Shown: positions 9,199 to 20,302 of the stretch, piece by piece
Layout: every line of letters starts with the position of its first letter
Numbering within the stretch: position 1 is the first letter of the stretch
Source: an uncultured archaeon
GTDB taxonomy: Archaea > Asgardarchaeota > Lokiarchaeia > Sigyniarchaeales > SOKP01
Reading direction: 5' to 3'
NCBI GenBank assembly: GCA_964388035.1
Contig: CAYLZE010000058.1
Location: 1-26,072 of the forward strand
Length of the DNA: 26,072 bases
Made by a program: the position numbers and the translations under genes
The notes under the pieces: generated by a model
What the model saw: the letters and a program-made list of their open reading frames with translations, nothing else
The model's database searches: none
Told to the model about the DNA's origin: nothing

Positions 9199-11787
9199 TC
9201 ATGGGAGAGGCAATGAAAAATAAAATGTCGAACCTTTATTTCTTCCTTCGGATTCCATCCAGATATTCCCCCCATGAAGTTTAATAATCTTTTTAGAAAT
9301 ATATAATCCTAACCCAGAACCATCACTCTTAAGATCTAATCCTTGCCCGTATCGTTCAATTTTTCCAAATTTTTTGAATATTCGCATTTTCTCTTCTTCC
9401 GTGAATCCAATTCCATTATCTTTAATAGAAATGATAATTTTGTCATTTGTCAACTGAGATCCGATCTCAAGCATGCTGTGGGGTGGGCTAAATTTTATGG
9501 CATTAGTCAATATATTAGTGAGTACATCGAAAATTTGTTCTTTTTCAAAACTCGTAATTAATTTCTCTGGAAGATCCAATTTGATTGACATATCTCGCAA
9601 TTTTAATAACCCATTTAATTCGTTCAAGCAATATTTGATTAGAAAACTTAAATTTTCAGGAGATTTCTTGATAGAAACGTTTTCAGATTGCAATTCTGAC
9701 GCTTTCAAGATAATATGTATGAGATTTTCCAGTCTCCCACAACCCTGTTTGATCTCATTAATATTATTAAACATTTCAGTGGTGAAGACGCCCCCATACA
9801 ATTCCACCATCAAGTCTGTAAATCCTTTTATGGAAATCAATGGAGTTTTCAATTCATGAGAAGCTCTTCGAAGGAAGTCGGATTTAATTTTGTTTAGATT
9901 GATTAATTCTTGTTTCGCGTTCTTTTTTTCCGTTACATCCTGTAAAATAGTTTGTATGTATTTAATGTTCCCTAGATTTATTAAAGTAACCTGAACTGAT
10001 GCCCAAAAGATAGTATCATCTTTTCTTTTTAACTTCATTTCTTGTTCTAAGGGAACGAGATCTTTTTCAATTAACTCATCTATTTTCTCAAGTTTATCTC
10101 TCTGATCATCTGGAAGGAAATTGAAATCGCTTACGTTTCTCTGAAGAAGCTCTTTTTTAGTATATCCCATTAATTTACTCGTGAGTTCATTGCAATCTAA
10201 AATAATTCCTTCATTAGAAAATAAAATTATTGCTACGGGTGCATTATTGAATAATTCATGATATTTTTCCTCACTTTGTTTTAATAATTTTTCCGTTTCT
10301 TTCCGAGAAGTGATTTCTTTAACAAATATGGCAACTTGATCTTCCGAAAAAAAGAGATTCCGGACTTCGTAATATCTTTCACATCCTTGCATTGTCAATG
10401 AATATTCTATTGTTGTAGGTCTTTTAGTCTCAATAGTGTTTTTAATTGCATGACGGAAGAGATTCGCTACTTTTTCGGGAAGAACATCAATCATTTTTTT
10501 TCCCATGAACTCTTTTGGTGAAACATAAAGATCTTGTTCTCTCCCTCTATAATCCACTATCGTGCTATCTCCGGAAACTTTAAAAAATAGATCAGGAATA
10601 GCTTCAAAAGTATTACGAAATTTGGCTTCTGATTACTTTAGTAGTAGTTCTGCTTGTTTTCTCTCCGTTATATCTGATATGGTGCCTAAATATCCCACAA
10701 TTTCACCAGAATCGTTATGTAAATGAACAATTCTTCCTTCCACCCATGTTATTTTTCCAAGGGAACTTTTAAATCGATAGACAGCGTTAAAATCCGCTTG
10801 TTGTGAAATAGAATCACGCCATTTTTTCAAAATTAATTCTCTATCTTCTGGATGTAACCATTGTAACCAACCCTGACCCACTGCTTCTTCCAATGTAATT
10901 CCAGAAATTTCACTCGCTTTAGGATTAATGTAAAGGCAGTTGCCGTTCTTATCTAATTGAAAAATGCCTATTGGTGCTGATGTGGTTAATATCCTATACT
11001 TTTGTTGCGATTCTTTAATTTTTTCTTCTGCTTTGATTTGTCTCGATATATCCTCGCAAAGGGTAACGATGCATTGTTTTCCACTGAGCTTAATCAAATT
11101 AAAATTCAAGCGTGCGGTATATATTTTACCATCTTCTCTTATTAAATTAACAATATAGTCTCTTACTTCATGAGTAGTATGCAGTATATTAAGAATCTTG
11201 TCCCGATCTGTGGAATTAACATATAATTTTTTCAAATTCGTTTTCTGATACTTTTCTAAGCTAAACCCGCTGATTTCTTCCATTTTTTTATTGATGTTAA
11301 TAACATTTCCATTTAAATCAGAGATGCAAATTCCAACCAGTGAGGAATTCCATAGCGTCTTGTATCTTTCCTCTGATTCCTTTAGTTTTTCTAATGCTAT
11401 ATAACCCTCAGACACATCCTCAATAGTACAAATCATTCCTTTATAAGAATTTTTTTCCAAGATAGGTATAATCCATCCCGAATGATAATCGATCCTTCCT
11501 TCTAAAGAATGAATTGGGATAGGAGCATATTTTATGGGTTTTAATGTCTTTTTCGCTTTAATAAAAAAAGGTCTGAACTTTTTGATCCTATCCTCGGGAA
11601 AATTTTTTAAAATATTACCCCCAATAATCTTTTCGGATTCAATATTTGTTATTTTCGGAATTGCTTCATTATGATAAACAATAATATCTTTTGTATTAAT
11701 GACTAAGACTCCATTATTAATTCTGTTTAAGATATTTTCATAAAAATCGGTAGTATTATCTGAAAAATGAGGGGGTTTTAATTTCAT
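9199..11787 (-). pseudogene. Soluble multi-PAS (about 5) sensor histidine kinase interrupted by one in-frame TAA at 10633-10635
   Basis: ORFs 10633..11787 and 9199..10557 share a frame. The 75 nt between them read SEAKFRNTFEAIPDLFFKVSGDSTI, giving ERKQAELLLK*SEAKFR, a PAS linker where E is expected. H-box ASHELKTPL, N-box NILTNAIKF, DNGIG and GSGLGL are present. No TM segments. Confidence 0.85.
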
Positions 11788-12051
11788 TTTGTCTGACCTA
11801 TTTATCTTCCAAAATATATAAAAATAATTAGTAATTTAAAATTAACGAAATAGGAATTGTTCAATATTAGTTTGATTCTTGACCATATCTATTTTAAGAA
11901 TCGTTTCGAGATATTTTTATTAAATCTCTGCTTAACAGAAAAATTCTTTCAAAAAAATAGAGAATATTTTCATGAGATTAGAAAAAGGTAAATCGAAATA
12001 AAGTATCATAACGCCCATGAAATTGTTTCAAAGTAGAGCAGAATGAATTTA

Positions 12052-13446
12052 TCAAACTTTCCTTACTAAGCCTTCGGCAGCAATTATGCCCGTTACTGCA
12101 GCTCCAACAATTCCACGTGAAACTCCTGCTCCATCTCCTGCAAAAAACATCCCCGGAATTTGAATCGATTCCAGATACTCATTAGTGGCAATCCGTTTAG
12201 CGCTTCTTTTAAATTCGGGAGCATATATGAGAGTACTTGAATTATTAACCCCAGGAATTACTTTATCTAGAATTTTCAAACCTTCCAAAATATCCACGAT
12301 AAATCGATAAGGAAAGGCCATGGCTATATCCCCGGGAGTGGCATCATAAAGTGTAGGCTGGACGGGATTCTTTTTTATCAAGGATTCCCGGGAACGATGC
12401 CCCGTTCTTAAATCGCCTAGAGTTTGAACCAAGGGCTTATATCCTCCTAATATTGAGGTTTGTTTACTGATTGATCTTCCATATTCCGTCGTATCTTCTA
12501 AAGGACTGGTGAGTTTTTGCCTGATTAAGAAAGCAAAATTACTATTATCGGATTCTCCATCAATTTTTAACTGATGCCCATTTACTCCTACGATTTTTTC
12601 CTCGTAAGTTTCCTTTACCACATACCCCTTATGATTCACGCAAAACGTGCGAATAAAATCTTTATATGTAGGCGTTATGATGTGAAATTTAGGATCTCTT
12701 TGGATATTTTCACAAATTTCATCTAAAATGATGGAAGGCACTTCAACCCTCACTCCGATATCCAAGGGTCTGTAAAACGTTTGTATCCCAATCCTTTCAC
12801 ATTGATCAGCGAGCCATACCATTCCCCACCTTCCTGGCGCAAACAAGATGAAATCAAATTTTTCTTTCTTTCCATCCTTAAATATTAGGCTTTTATCCCT
12901 TTCAAAAGAAATTACTTTCCAATTAGGGAAAATACGCACATTATATTCATTTTCCAGATGCTTTTGGATGGATTTAATAACGTTTGGAGTATTCACCGAA
13001 CCAATTAACCTCTGTCGAATGGGAATGAATCGAATATCAACTGCGGCACATTTCTTTTTTAAATCTTTCAATCTTTCTTCATTATCATGAGGATCAAATA
13101 CTTGAGAGGGAGCTCCATTTTCCACAAAAAAATTATCTACTTTTTGTATTATCTCATCTGCATCTAAATGGGCATTTTTACACAGTTTTTCTAAATCTCC
13201 ACCAATTTTCTTGTTAAGATTCAATATTCCCGAGGAAAAAGCCCCCGCCCCTCCAATTCCGCTCATGATCTTACAAGGTTCGCATTGTGCACAAGCATAA
13301 CCATTTTTCTGGGGACAAAATCGTTTATCAACCTCGGGACCTTGATCAAAGATTGTAATTTCGACATCTTTTAAATTCTTTTTTCCTAATTCATTAGCGG
13401 CAAAAAAACCAGCTGAACCAGCCCCAATAATTGCAATTTTAACCAA
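12052..13446 (-). CDS. FAD-dependent oxidoreductase (COG2509-like uncharacterised dehydrogenase)
   Basis: IAIIGAGSAG dinucleotide fold, Cys cluster CP...CAQCEPC..MSGIGGAG, DIGVRVE, RTFC, LIYAPE and FAGDGAGVSRGIVGAA. TTG start. Confidence 0.88.
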   Translation of the reverse strand: MVKIAIIGAGSAGFFAANELGKKNLKDVEITIFDQGPEVDKRFCPQKNGYACAQCEPCKIMSGIGGAGAFSSGILNLNKKIGGDLEKLCKNAHLDADEIIQKVDNFFVENGAPSQVFDPHDNEERLKDLKKKCAAVDIRFIPIRQRLIGSVNTPNVIKSIQKHLENEYNVRIFPNWKVISFERDKSLIFKDGKKEKFDFILFAPGRWGMVWLADQCERIGIQTFYRPLDIGVRVEVPSIILDEICENIQRDPKFHIITPTYKDFIRTFCVNHKGYVVKETYEEKIVGVNGHQLKIDGESDNSNFAFLIRQKLTSPLEDTTEYGRSISKQTSILGGYKPLVQTLGDLRTGHRSRESLIKKNPVQPTLYDATPGDIAMAFPYRFIVDILEGLKILDKVIPGVNNSSTLIYAPEFKRSAKRIATNEYLESIQIPGMFFAGDGAGVSRGIVGAAVTGIIAAEGLVRKV

Positions 13447-13604
13447 ATTTCGGCACTCTCTAATATAGCTACTTTATAATTAATCATTCATTAAAAAAAA
13501 AGAATCCTAAAATCATCTTATAAAAATAGCTTGTTATAAAAATAATAATATAGCATGTTTTGTGATCCTTTTGAGTAAAAAACCCGAAATTAGAAGCTAA
13601 TCCT

Positions 13605-13781
13605 CTATTCTTGAGGAAGCCAATGACGGCACACTATACATTGGTAAATTTTCTCTTTTTTTATGCCATTATTGCCATTCTTAACGAAAAGAATTTTATT
13701 TACCATGATACTTCCACATTTATCGCATGTCATAAAAGAATCATTCACTTCAACTTTTTTTGGTACAACTTTCGTCATCAT
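13605..13781 (-). CDS. Small C4 zinc-ribbon protein (58 aa), absent from the ORF track
   Basis: Manual translation: MMTKVVPKKVEVNDSFMTCDKCGSIMVNKILFVKNGNNGIKKEKIYQCIVCRHWLPQE*. CxxC-x25-CxxC; co-oriented with neighbours. Confidence 0.8.
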   Translation of the reverse strand: MMTKVVPKKVEVNDSFMTCDKCGSIMVNKILFVKNGNNGIKKEKIYQCIVCRHWLPQE

Positions 13782-14181
13782 GTATCAAACAATCTCGGAG
13801 CTTAAATATTGATTAGAAAGGGATCTATCGGACAGTCGACAAAAAACCCTTATATTAGATTAATATTACTTTAATTATATAAATCTTCGTTTAATTAAAA
13901 AATTTCCTAGTTCGTTTGAGCTCATTCTAAATTTGCATGAATAAATCTTATAAGGATTCTTTACCATTTTTACTGAATCAATTACACTTTATACCTCCTA
14001 AACAAGTTAAGTCATAAATTTAATCTCTTTTAATTTGAGAACTAGAAATGTTGAGAAAACACCAATTTATTAATTTCAATTTAAAATAATTAGGAAAAAA
14101 TTGTTAAAATTCGGTTCTAATGTTAACGGGATTGCTTGTATTACGGATTTGTTAATAGATTTCACATCAAAATATAATCGG

Positions 14182-15003
14182 TTAGGATTTTAAAAAATCG
14201 ATGATCAATTGATTTACCGTTGGTGCGGCTTCCAGAAAGACATGATGTGCAGCATTATCAATAACTTCTAGTCTACTGTTTTTTATGGCCTTACTGATTT
14301 CTTCCATCACCATTTTGGGAGCCAATTTATCATTGGTACTGGAAATTAATAAAGTGGGCACTTTAATTTCAGATAACTTATCGGTAACATCATGTTTTTC
14401 AATCGCATTCGCTAATAGTTCATAATCTTCGGGGGTCATTTTGTTATCTGTCAATTCTTCAATCATATCCTCTGCGCTCCATATTCCATGGAATTTCTTC
14501 TTAGGATCCGCTTGCATTTCTTTTATAAATTTACGCGCATGCGTTAGCTTGCTATAATTCCAATAGGCTTGAACTTTATCGGTTTTTTGAAGTTCGTAAG
14601 CGTCTATCATTGCATTCTTCATGAATTGAATTCCGGAGCCCTTATGGTTTGTTCCAATCAGCACCAATTTATTTATCTGATTTGGATATTTTAAAACAAA
14701 ATTTTGTGCGATCCACCCTCCCATAGATTGTCCTATTAAATGTGGTTTATCAAGATTCAAAGTATCTATCAATCCCTTTAGATCTTCCACGAGGGTATCC
14801 ATTGTATAGGGTGTTTTTGGATGATCCGAAAGTCCTGAGCCACGACTATCTAATGTAATTACGCGAAAGTACTTGGATAACGCGCCTACTTGCCCCACCC
14901 ATATTTTACCAGTTGCTCCGTATCCGTGATGTAAAATTACGGGATATCCTTCTCCATGAATTTCATAAAACATTTTTATATCATTAACATCTGCATATGG
15001 CAT
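14182..15003 (-). CDS. Alpha/beta-fold hydrolase
   Basis: HHGY oxyanion motif, DSRGSGLS, nucleophile elbow GQSMGG, ND acid, AAHH His. Likely start is the ATG at 15003 (MPYADVND) rather than TTG 15018. Confidence 0.92.
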   Translation of the reverse strand: MPYADVNDIKMFYEIHGEGYPVILHHGYGATGKIWVGQVGALSKYFRVITLDSRGSGLSDHPKTPYTMDTLVEDLKGLIDTLNLDKPHLIGQSMGGWIAQNFVLKYPNQINKLVLIGTNHKGSGIQFMKNAMIDAYELQKTDKVQAYWNYSKLTHARKFIKEMQADPKKKFHGIWSAEDMIEELTDNKMTPEDYELLANAIEKHDVTDKLSEIKVPTLLISSTNDKLAPKMVMEEISKAIKNSRLEVIDNAAHHVFLEAAPTVNQLIIDFLKS

Positions 15004-15343
15004 AATTATATATTTCAACTTGATTTTTATTTATAATTTTGCATTTAAATTTGTTAGATTAAAACGTCTATTTACCATTCACGAGCATAATTCTCAAAAT
15101 AAATTGAAAAGTATTAGACAAAATGATGAATTAAGAACATATTGCTTAGAGAGATACCATCAGATAGTTGATAATTATTTAAAGTGTTCTAGAATCTCAT
15201 TTTAGACTTAAGAACAAAAACAATAGACAATAATATTTAATTAGAAAAATAAATGAAAATTAATTGACTAGATTTTAACTTTTAACCCTTTTATTTTTTT
15301 TCCCTTTTTTTCATTTTTTTAATCAGAAACCCCCTCTTTCATA

Positions 15344-16810
15344 TCAGGGAGGATTTAGTCGGAAATTCGAAAACGAGAAATTGAAGATCTGAAATCCCGC
15401 GTTTTTCGCAAGGAAGGGAAGCATGCTTCCAAAATTAAAATAACGCGAGGATTCAAACGCAGAATATTTCATTACCAAATCGGGTCGTCCTAATTTATAA
15501 GCGGTTAAAGCTTTCAATAAATCTAACATGTAGAGGAAACTGCGAAGCTTGATTGCTGCTTCCATCCCCCGCGTGTTCATGCGAAAAGCATTATAATAGG
15601 TGGTATTGGCAGAATTCCCCTGTTCTATCATCAGTCGAAAACTTTAGAGCTTTAGTACAAACTCATCTGCCCATCCTTTTGGAATATACTCCATGTTAAA
15701 GAAGTAATCTTTTTTTAATTCACGGATGGGATGGGTTTTGAGGTTCTTCTTTGCTCGGATGAGGGGGATCAGCCCTTTAAACTGCGTGGATAGTAAATTC
15801 TGTTCACAATAGGGCCCGGTATCTGCAATGGCTATCATCCATTGATAGTCCGTAATCGTTAAAAATTGGTCCAAGGTTTCCCGATACGCCACCGTATCGT
15901 TCCTATTTCCGGGAAACATCTTGAAATATACAGGAAACCAGCGATTAAAGCAAAAAGCATATAAAATGCCGGGATCATATCCCACCCCTTTCTTTTGCCC
16001 GATGTGACGACAATATCCCGCATCCGGATCGTTGTAAGTTTCCTTTCCTTCCTCTTTATTATTTTTACAGTTAGAACGAATGAATTGCCCATCCCAAATG
16101 AGAATTCTCGGGATGATTATCCCGCATTCCACGCATTCTTTCACTAATAGCTGAAAAAAACCAAAAATGGCGTGAGCAGGAATTTTGGAAAGAACGTAAC
16201 TTAAATCTGCAGCGGTGGGAAAGAACGCTGAATCATGAGTGATGCCAAATAAGGGAGGTCGCCCCATGAAGCGCTCCATCTTTTCAATTCCCCTGTAATT
16301 CTTAAAGCCCAGATTAATCCGTAACAATTCATAGGCGATGATATCCGAAAGAAACAGGGATTTAAAAGAAACCCCTTGCCGTTCCAATTCTTCTTGTACA
16401 TCATCGAAATACGAAAAATCATTCAACTCAAAAAGGTTCTCGAAGAATCCCTTAAATCCCTTAAGGTAGCGATGCATGGCCCATTCTTTTTTAGAGATCA
16501 CGCTCTCACAATACTCCGCATAGGGAGGAATCTTGAGGGAGGGAAAGCGATATAAATATTTTCCCTTAAGTATGGGAGCCCAATCCGTAAAATCCGTGAT
16601 CTTTTTCTGGAATTTAGACACATCTTGTTTTGTTTGCCTTCCTTGTTTTCCCCTATTTGCTTGAAGAGGAATCCATCGAAATTTTTTACGGGCAAGCCTA
16701 TAGTCTCTGGGAATATTCATATCGAGCTTTTCAATGCTCCTCTTTCCTATAAAATCAGTTAATTGAGTCTGGTAAATACTGGCTTTTCTCTTATATAAGA
16801 TGATTATCAT
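15344..16810 (-). mobile_element. IS4-superfamily (DDE_Tnp_1-like) transposase with in-frame TAA at 15644-15646; element ends not resolved
   Basis: WDGQFI (D1), DPDAGY, IADTG (D2) and LKL*SFRLMIEQGN (Y-x2-R-x3-E signature with Y replaced by TAA). The two ORFs are in frame, 12 nt apart. The region is visibly more GC-rich than its flanks. Confidence 0.8.
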
Positions 16811-17061
16811 GAGCTATTAGTTGTACTATTATTAATTAATTTATACGCAATCGCCTATTTATCTTTTTTGGTTTACCATCTTACTGTAATGAAGAATCTG
16901 ATCATTAAATAATAACGATTTCATGGAAAACATTTTTATTTTTAATGTGATCCTGATTCTGAAAGATAAAAGGAAGGGCAGTATTCTAAGAAGATATAAT
17001 CCGACATAATTTATAGAACTATAGAAAGCGGGCAAAACAAATTATTAAGCGAGGATGGACT

Positions 17062-17090
17062 AAAAAAAATAAAAAGAATGAAAATTAAAA
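17062..17090 (-). terminator. Oligo-T terminator-like tract after the M28 gene
   Basis: Minus strand reads TTTTAATTTTCATTCTTTTTATTTTTTTT just after the stop codon. Confidence 0.4.
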
Positions 17091-17095
17091 TTTGC

Positions 17096-18493
17096 TTAAT
17101 TAGAATTTAAATCTTCTTTTGGAGTGTTATCGATAGATTGAATAATATCAATAAAGGCTCTTGTCAGTGGCTCAAATATCTCTACTGCTAATTTATCTAA
17201 GGTATCAATGGGATTATAAATGAAAAATGGAGCACTGGCTAAACTTATCACTGTTATCCCTTCTCTCTGGAAAGGACCTCCTTCCGTGGGAACGCCCCCT
17301 AGGGGATTATTCGTCGGTAATATTAGAGAACGTTGTAAATCATATTTAATTATTGCTTCCTTTACATAAGATACTAATTTAGTACGATCCGAGACAAAAA
17401 TCGCTCGCGGCTCATTATATCCAGTAAAAACTAATTCTCCATCTTTCTCTATATATTCTTTAGCAATATGCTCGATATGAATTGAGGTGACAATTTTAGG
17501 AATTAGGTCATTATTATGTACTTTAATGAATGTCTTACCCCCGATTTCTTCATAGAAATGACCTGCGGTAAATAAGAATAGGAGAGTTTTATTAAAAGTC
17601 TTTTCTGGAAATTGGGAAAAAAAGTTTGCTAAGGCCAACACCATTCCCGTACCTGACGCATCTTGAACTGCATTGTTATAAGGTGCGTCATGATGGGAAG
17701 AAATGATCACGAGATCATCAGTTTTCCCCGGAATGAAGCCTAATATATTAGAACTCGTTCCGGGTATTTTCTTTCCCGTTTGTATTAGAGTCCCTTTGAT
17801 AGGAGTATCTCTATTCTCGCGTAAAAGCTTCCTTAATTTCTTTCCTTCTTCCCTTCCAATGTATAATCCAGGTAGAGGACGAGGATCGCTGGCAATTTCA
17901 TCCGCTGGAAAAAAATATTCTTTAATTCCTCCAGGATGATCTTTTAAAATGCCTATGACCCCTTTTGCGCCATTTTCATACGCTCGAAAAAATGCGTCCC
18001 AATTCACGAATCTAAATGTTGCAGTATTAGAATAATCTTTCGGAAGAGTATTCTCTGGATCATGAACATAATAAGCAATTTTTGCCAATGGATTCACACT
18101 AAGAGGAGGATTACGAAAATCGATCACTGCTATTTTTCCCTTCACCTCTGATTTTTGGAAATCTACTTCTCTTCCTGTTTTTACGTAAATTAATTCGCTT
18201 GAAATTCCTTCTAGAGATGTAAATTCCGTATATACTAAGAAATAGCACGGAATTTCTTCTTTTCCCCCATTTACTTCGATCGTTAGTTTCCAAATATCTG
18301 GGTTCCAAATAGGGATATGTAATTTTTCTCGCTTTATATTTTTAAATCCAAATTCCTCCAGCAACTCAATTAAATAATTTTCCACTTTTTTATCCGCTTC
18401 TGTAGCAGGTCTTCTATAGCCCATATCACATATTTTCTTAATCCAGGATAAAATCTCGTCCTTTTTAGGAAAAAAAATATTTTGATTAACCAT
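17096..18493 (-). CDS. M28-family peptidase-like protein with PA domain and atypical active site
   Basis: R..AT.AD, PA domain 'DF...V.GKIAV...A..NGAKGVI', NILG.IPG, SSHHD and QDASG. No signal peptide seen. Confidence 0.8.
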   Translation of the reverse strand: MVNQNIFFPKKDEILSWIKKICDMGYRRPATEADKKVENYLIELLEEFGFKNIKREKLHIPIWNPDIWKLTIEVNGGKEEIPCYFLVYTEFTSLEGISSELIYVKTGREVDFQKSEVKGKIAVIDFRNPPLSVNPLAKIAYYVHDPENTLPKDYSNTATFRFVNWDAFFRAYENGAKGVIGILKDHPGGIKEYFFPADEIASDPRPLPGLYIGREEGKKLRKLLRENRDTPIKGTLIQTGKKIPGTSSNILGFIPGKTDDLVIISSHHDAPYNNAVQDASGTGMVLALANFFSQFPEKTFNKTLLFLFTAGHFYEEIGGKTFIKVHNNDLIPKIVTSIHIEHIAKEYIEKDGELVFTGYNEPRAIFVSDRTKLVSYVKEAIIKYDLQRSLILPTNNPLGGVPTEGGPFQREGITVISLASAPFFIYNPIDTLDKLAVEIFEPLTRAFIDIIQSIDNTPKEDLNSN

Positions 18494-18548
18494 ATTACTT
18501 CACTTTTTTAAAAAAATTAGATTATATAGAAAAAAAAAAGAAAATTTA

Positions 18549-19955
18549 TTATACTTTGAGATGAGCAAGCTTTTCTTTTATTATTTTAGATTTTTCTGGG
18601 GTGATATCGTAAAATCTCAGAAATATAATGAAACCTATTGCCATTAAAACTGCAGGTATGATACCAAAGAGAAGTAGTATCCCTGTTTGAGCAGATGGTG
18701 ATTGAACATTAGATGTTTCAACAAATCCAGTGAGTTCATGAACAATTGTAAAAGAAATGGCTTGAATTACAGTACTTAAAGTTCCGAAAAATCTTCTTAA
18801 TCCCGAATATAATCCTTCTCGCCTCACACCTGTCTCTGCTATTGCTTCATCAATGATATCACCATATACTACATAGTAAATCATCCAAAATCCACCAAAT
18901 CCCATACCCCATATAAATGCAAGGATTAACAAGCCTGCATAGGTTGTTAGAATAGTAAAAAAGACAGTAAGAACGATTAAAGCAATAGAAGCCATTATCA
19001 TTGTTCTGCGATTATTGCCCGTTTTTTTGTTATACAACATCCATAAGGGAATCCCAACCATAACACCTATGAGTAAGAGAATCATAACATAAAGCACATC
19101 ATCCGCATTTCCATAAATTATGAAACGAATCCAATATAGAAAAGAGGATTGTACCATCGTTGTCAATGATAAATATAGCATGTAGAAGAAGAGAAATGCA
19201 AATAAAGATTTATGTTTGAAAACAAATCTAAATACTTCGGTCAAAGATTCTTTTTCTTTTTGCTTAAAATTTTCAATAAATTGTTGAGTGCTCTCTTTAT
19301 CATCTCGAACTCCTGGAATCATCAAAAATAAGACAAAAAAGTTGATGGTAATACAGATCCAAGCCATTGTAATATAAGTACTCTTATTCCCAAACTCTAT
19401 TAGACTGGGTGGGAGGAGGTTTGCAAATACTACACCGAGAATTCCCATGTAGATAGAAAAAGCGCTAACTTTGGTGCGTTCCTTGTTTGTTCTATATTTA
19501 TCTGGATATAAAGCGTAATAATTGTTTGTAAAAATTGTCTCACATGTATCAAAAATACATAGTGTAATCGTAAACCAAGCAAAAATAATCCATGGTTGTT
19601 CTTGAGGATTTACATTTGGAGGGTAAAAAATAAGAAGGAATGAAATCAAAGTAGGAACAAATCCAATAACAATCCACGGAAAGCGACGACCCCATCTTTT
19701 AGTTAATCTTGTTGGTTTGTCTGAGACAAATCCTAAAAGAGGATCATTAACCGCATCCCAGATTCCGTAAATAACCATTCCTAATCCAGTCATCCAAGTC
19801 GCTAATCCAATTTCTACTTCATAAAAATAGAACAATAAAAATATAAGAACCCCTTGTATGAATTCATTAACGTAAAATCCGGTACTATATGAAAGCATAC
19901 CTAAAGTCGAATGTTTGGTTCCTTGCATTTCATTGTTTTCAATAACATTGTCCAT
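18549..19955 (-). CDS. MFS transporter, GPH (MelB-like glycoside-pentoside-hexuronide:cation symporter) family
   Basis: About 12 TM; IWDAVNDPLLGFVSDK...RWGRRFPW, ERTKVS and DIIDE...TGVRREGLYSG are GPH signature motifs. Confidence 0.92.
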   Translation of the reverse strand: MDNVIENNEMQGTKHSTLGMLSYSTGFYVNEFIQGVLIFLLFYFYEVEIGLATWMTGLGMVIYGIWDAVNDPLLGFVSDKPTRLTKRWGRRFPWIVIGFVPTLISFLLIFYPPNVNPQEQPWIIFAWFTITLCIFDTCETIFTNNYYALYPDKYRTNKERTKVSAFSIYMGILGVVFANLLPPSLIEFGNKSTYITMAWICITINFFVLFLMIPGVRDDKESTQQFIENFKQKEKESLTEVFRFVFKHKSLFAFLFFYMLYLSLTTMVQSSFLYWIRFIIYGNADDVLYVMILLLIGVMVGIPLWMLYNKKTGNNRRTMIMASIALIVLTVFFTILTTYAGLLILAFIWGMGFGGFWMIYYVVYGDIIDEAIAETGVRREGLYSGLRRFFGTLSTVIQAISFTIVHELTGFVETSNVQSPSAQTGILLLFGIIPAVLMAIGFIIFLRFYDITPEKSKIIKEKLAHLKV

Positions 19956-20302
19956 TTTTTAATTCACTCATTTTTGTTATTTTTTCAAGAAAATCTATGC
20001 TTATTTTATACAAATAACTCATATAAATAGATTAAACTTGAAATTAATATCTCCTTTTATAAAAAAGATCTATATTGTGAAATAAAATGGGCTTTATAAA
20101 ATTAATCAAATTTTTGACAGAAATATAAATTCCTATTATGATTCTTATTGCATGATTACTCTTGAAATGAATGGTGCTTTGAGTAATTTGAATTAATAAG
20201 TTAGTTCAGATTTTTTTAACATTAATCAAAGTTACCGTAAAAAAATAAAAAAAGATGGTTAATCAATTATTCAGCATAATTCTCCACTCATATATGGTTC
20301 AA

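Noticed and set aside
13611-13805. Plus-strand 64-aa ORF from the track
   Set aside because: It is the antisense shadow of the better-supported zinc-ribbon gene.
15020-15205. Plus-strand 61-aa ORF
   Set aside because: TTG start, AT-rich, overlaps the likely promoter region of the hydrolase, no motif.
10633-15646. TAA reassignment (alternative genetic code) suggested by two in-frame TAA codons
   Set aside because: The expected residues differ (Glu versus Tyr), and TAA terminates most intact genes in the window.
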